From Waddlia chondrophila WSU 86-1044 (GTDB taxonomy: Bacteria; Chlamydiota; Chlamydiia; Chlamydiales; CAMCWV01): 64,000 nt of DNA. Under the pieces are notes generated by a model. The model saw only the letters and a list, made by a program, of their open reading frames with translations. It searched no databases and was not told the DNA's origin. Location of the stretch: assembly GCA_945882915.1 (NCBI GenBank), contig CAMCWV010000004.1, forward strand, positions 15,643 through 79,642, written 5' to 3'. Of this stretch, positions 61,188-64,000 are shown piece after piece. Position 1 is the first letter of the stretch, and every line of letters begins with the position of its first letter. Position numbers and translations under genes: made by a program.

Positions 61188-61700
61188 ATGCCTAAGTATC
61201 GCAATAGTTTGAATGTTGACAATCTTGAAAAGGGTGACCCGCGCATCACCCGAAGGAAGTTTCTTGTCCTTTTGGGAGTAGGGGCTCTTGCTGGGGTTGT
61301 GAACATGATAGGGACCAGCATATTCGGCTTCTTGTATCCAAATGCAATGAAAATGCCGCCAGCAGTTTTTGCATTAGGACGTCCGGCCCACGTTTTAAAG
61401 GCTGATGGAAAGAGATTTAATTCTCAGCAGAAGGTTTATATCGAGGTTGATAACGGGAAAGTGCGCTGTCAAACAGCTGTGTGCACCCATCTTGGTTGCA
61501 CGGTTAATCCTGTAGAAACAGGATATTCCTGCCCGTGCCATGGCTCTACGTATGATCTTGAAGGAAAAAATACAGGGGGGCCTGCTCCAAAGCCTCTTGT
61601 TTATTTCGAGGTTTCAAAAGGGGCTTCTGGAGAGCTTCTGGTGGATAAGTCTCGCCCCATTGATGACCCCAATAAGGCTTGGTATCCTTCTAATGCTTAA
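61188..61700 (+). CDS. petA: Rieske [2Fe-2S] subunit of a cytochrome bc-type complex, Tat signal
   Basis: 170 aa. Twin-arginine ITRRKFLVLLGVGALAG. Cluster boxes CTHLGCTV and CPCHGSTYD. Confidence 0.92.
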   Translation: MPKYRNSLNVDNLEKGDPRITRRKFLVLLGVGALAGVVNMIGTSIFGFLYPNAMKMPPAVFALGRPAHVLKADGKRFNSQQKVYIEVDNGKVRCQTAVCTHLGCTVNPVETGYSCPCHGSTYDLEGKNTGGPAPKPLVYFEVSKGASGELLVDKSRPIDDPNKAWYPSNA

Positions 61701-61735
61701 TTTAATTAGATAACGGTAAAGAGGAAGTTTCGCCC

Positions 61736-63064
61736 ATGGCGGTATTTCGCGGAAAACGGAAAGAAAGTTGGCTAGAGTACATGGAGAAGCTCCCTTCTAC
61801 CATTATCCGCTCTATCTTCCGTCACAACTACCCTAATAATGACGTTGACAGATCAGAAGTTGTCTTTAAAAACTTCTTTCTTCACATCCACCCTGTGAAG
61901 TGTCATAAACATGTCCTAGAGCCTTTTTACACGCTCGGACTTGGAGTCATTACAGCGAGCCTTTTCTTTTTGCTCGTTCTTTCTGGCGTGATTTTGATGT
62001 TTTGGTATGTGCCAACTGTTGATAGGGCCTACGACATCATGAAAGAGTTTCACGACACGACCCCTTTCGGAATGATGTACCGAAACATCCACAGATGGGG
62101 GGCGCAAATGATGGTGCTCTTCGTCTTCCTCCACATGTCGCGTGTTTTTTATACCGGCTCATACAAAGGGACCAGGCGCTTTAATTGGGTAATCGGGGTC
62201 ATTCTTATGGTCCTCACTCTTTTTTTGTCCTTTACTGGCTACCTTCTTCCGTGGGATCAGCTCGCTTTTTGGGCAATTACCGTGGGCTCATCCATTGCGG
62301 GGTATGCCCCTGGGATTCCAGGCATGCAGTACAACATTAACAAAATTATGCTGCTTGCCAATACAACCGTTGGGCAGGATGCGTTAATTCGTTTTTATGT
62401 GCTTCACATCATGGTGCTCCCTATTTTTGCAGGGATGCTTATCGGCGTACACTTCTGGCGTATTCGCAAAGATGGTGGGCTATCGCGCCCTCCTGATGAC
62501 TATCGCCCTGATCCATTACGTGTTATCCAAAGATCTGACACTAAAGAGGTGTTTGCTCCCGGTGTTAGGAGGACGTATGGTCTCATGGAGCTTGTGAGGG
62601 GGACGTGTCCAACAGTAGATAGAGGACCGTTTAATTATGTATTTACCTGGCCACATCTACTGCGCGCGGAGATACTTGTCTTTATGGGGACGACAGTTGT
62701 CATTCTGCTCCTTTCTTATTTTATTAACGCTCCTCTAGAAGAGATGGCAGATCCGACTAAGCCTACAAATCCTTCAAAAGCCCCTTGGTACTTTTTGGGC
62801 TTGCAAGAGATGGTTGCTTATTCTGCTTTCTGGGGAGGGGTTGGCGTGCCTACGCTTATTGTGGCAGGATTGATAGCACTTCCCTATTTGGATCGCAACC
62901 CCCATGGAGAAGGGTATTGGTTCCATAGATCTCGTTATTTGGCGATTTTCCTCTACACAGCCTTTATGAGTTCGCAGGGGTTGTTAGTTGTGGTTGGTGT
63001 TTATTTTCGCGGGGCGAACTGGGGATGGATATGGCCGTGGACCGAAAACTTTGCCCGTCACTGA
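61736..63064 (+). CDS. petB: Cytochrome b (fused b6 + subunit IV-like)
   Basis: 442 aa. Motifs [46 protein letters not shown] and [25 protein letters not shown] (heme His pairs). Also a PEWY-like [10 protein letters not shown]. Confidence 0.93.
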   Translation: MAVFRGKRKESWLEYMEKLPSTIIRSIFRHNYPNNDVDRSEVVFKNFFLHIHPVKCHKHVLEPFYTLGLGVITASLFFLLVLSGVILMFWYVPTVDRAYDIMKEFHDTTPFGMMYRNIHRWGAQMMVLFVFLHMSRVFYTGSYKGTRRFNWVIGVILMVLTLFLSFTGYLLPWDQLAFWAITVGSSIAGYAPGIPGMQYNINKIMLLANTTVGQDALIRFYVLHIMVLPIFAGMLIGVHFWRIRKDGGLSRPPDDYRPDPLRVIQRSDTKEVFAPGVRRTYGLMELVRGTCPTVDRGPFNYVFTWPHLLRAEILVFMGTTVVILLLSYFINAPLEEMADPTKPTNPSKAPWYFLGLQEMVAYSAFWGGVGVPTLIVAGLIALPYLDRNPHGEGYWFHRSRYLAIFLYTAFMSSQGLLVVVGVYFRGANWGWIWPWTENFARH

Positions 63065-63075
63065 TTAGAAGAATG

Positions 63076-63356
63076 GGCGTTGTTGCCTAATTACAGCCCT
63101 TTAACAGTAGCAACCTTACAGGCTGTGTAGGACATATTCACTTATACCCAGGGGGCTGCCCTGGGTTGTTTGCAGGTTCAATCCTTCAGGCTGAACCTGA
63201 GAAGCTGAGGTGGTTTTATAGTAGTTAAAGCGTTTTGCATAAAATCTCAGCCTGAAAGGTTGTAATTGCAAACAGCGTAAGGGCAGCGCCCTGGGTATAG
63301 GCGAGCATATCCCATGCAGCCTGTAAGGCTGCAATTACAATTATGCGGGCAATGCC
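63076..63356. repeat. Family C element, copy C3 (full length)
   Basis: ggcgttgttgcctaattacagccctttaacagtagcaaccttacaggctg ... gcagcctgtaaggctgcaattacaattatgcgggcaatgcc. The core is the same as in C1/C2. Confidence 0.9.
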
Positions 63357-63578
63357 GAGAGGAAGAGGGAAGTAGATAAAGAGGTATAGCGCGGTCTCAT
63401 TATTTTTAAGAGCATAGTCAAATGCACAAAGTGTTTAGAGAGATATGTTTAGTTGTTGGGTGCCTCCGCCATAGGGCCTCTTATAGTCTTTGTACCTTTC
63501 CATCTTTGAGTTTTTGCGGTAAAAAAATTAATACATTCCCACTTCCCCCGATTGAAAAGGCAATAGAGGGGTCTTCTA

Positions 63579-64000
63579 ATGCGCGCTGAACGCTATCAAA
63601 TAGCTTTGGTTATTTGCATGATCCTCGTGGCAGGTACTACTGGGCTGTTTCTCTATGATGAACTTTTTCCTGAATACAAGGTCTACCAAAACGGCTACGA
63701 AAAAGTAGAAGAGTTTCGCTCTACATATACAGGCGAGGCACCGCCACATTTCAGTTCAGGCATTAAGCAAGTTGTTATTACAAGAGAGGATAAGGGACCA
63801 GAAACTGTTGATCGATGCATTTCTTGTCACGTAACCTTGCAGTTTGCCCATTTTTCTCCAACAAAACCTGCCATCGATGATAAGGGAAATACTATCTTTG
63901 ATGCAGATGGGAAGGTTCTTCTTGTCCCCAATGAAGAGTATGTATGGAGTAAGTTGAATGAGCAAATTGCCTCGACAGAGGATCCTCAAAAGAAAGAAGA
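63579..64000 (+). CDS. Membrane-anchored c-type cytochrome, 5' part (runs off window), absent from the ORF track
   Basis: Hand translation from ATG 63579 gives MRAERYQIALVICMILVAGTTGLFLYDELF...VDRCISCHVTLQFAHF...TEDPQKKE, with no stop before the edge. It has one TM helix and a CxxCH heme motif, downstream of Rieske/cyt b. Confidence 0.6.
   Translation, partial: MRAERYQIALVICMILVAGTTGLFLYDELFPEYKVYQNGYEKVEEFRSTYTGEAPPHFSSGIKQVVITREDKGPETVDRCISCHVTLQFAHFSPTKPAIDDKGNTIFDADGKVLLVPNEEYVWSKLNEQIASTEDPQKKE

Noticed and set aside
2673-63356. Possibility that the recurring palindromes form a CRISPR array
   Set aside because: The copies are kilobases apart, belong to five unrelated families, have no regular repeat-spacer periodicity, and no cas genes are present.
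1-64000. Search for transposase, integrase, phage, toxin-antitoxin or defence-system genes that could explain the repeats or mark an island
   Set aside because: No ORF in the track or in my reading of the gaps has DDE, HUH/Y1, tyrosine- or serine-recombinase motifs, or nuclease/ATPase defence motifs. If a mobilising enzyme exists, it is outside this window.

Overview
A bacterial chromosome segment of about 35 genes, mid-40s % GC (estimated by eye, not computed). Gene content and order suggest an environmental chlamydia-like organism from the PVC group. This is inference only. It rests on ptr next to a plant-type soluble GPAT, an LpxB with an N-terminal membrane extension, a GroEL paralog without GroES, and several proteins with Inc-like bilobed hydrophobic regions.

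Housekeeping genes:
- glmM-glmS, pcnB, a GT2-lpxB-DUF374 block, and yceD-rpmF-plsX.
- rng, a GPAT, an M16 protease, ugd, a three-domain Aas, and ppa.
- A GroEL paralog, nadC, rsmI, tRNA-Cys, and murF-mraY.
- A same-strand respiratory cluster: a GltD-like flavo-FeS protein, an untracked 43-aa CcoS-like ORF, Rieske, cytochrome b, and an untracked c-type cytochrome that runs off the right edge.

Accessory genes:
- A 4147-aa ORF with a late P-loop/DEVD module.
- A 1661-aa Inc-like protein with BamE-like internal repeats.
- A secreted protein of about 890 aa made of MORN/YwqK-type repeats.
- A papain-like protease with a His4/Lys-rich N-terminus, next to a frameshifted fragment of a paralog.
- Orphan ORFs.

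The most striking unexplained structure is non-coding. Most of the longer intergenic gaps carry members of at least five families of nested palindromic repeats (called A-E here). They are 30-280 bp long, with 16 copies or fragments in the window. Their features:
- Symmetric changes that preserve hairpins.
- Deletion derivatives.
- Mosaic joins between families.
- An apparent core inversion between copies.
- One copy that supplies the stop codon of a gene.

I saw no transposase, integrase, CRISPR array, rRNA or recognisable defence system.
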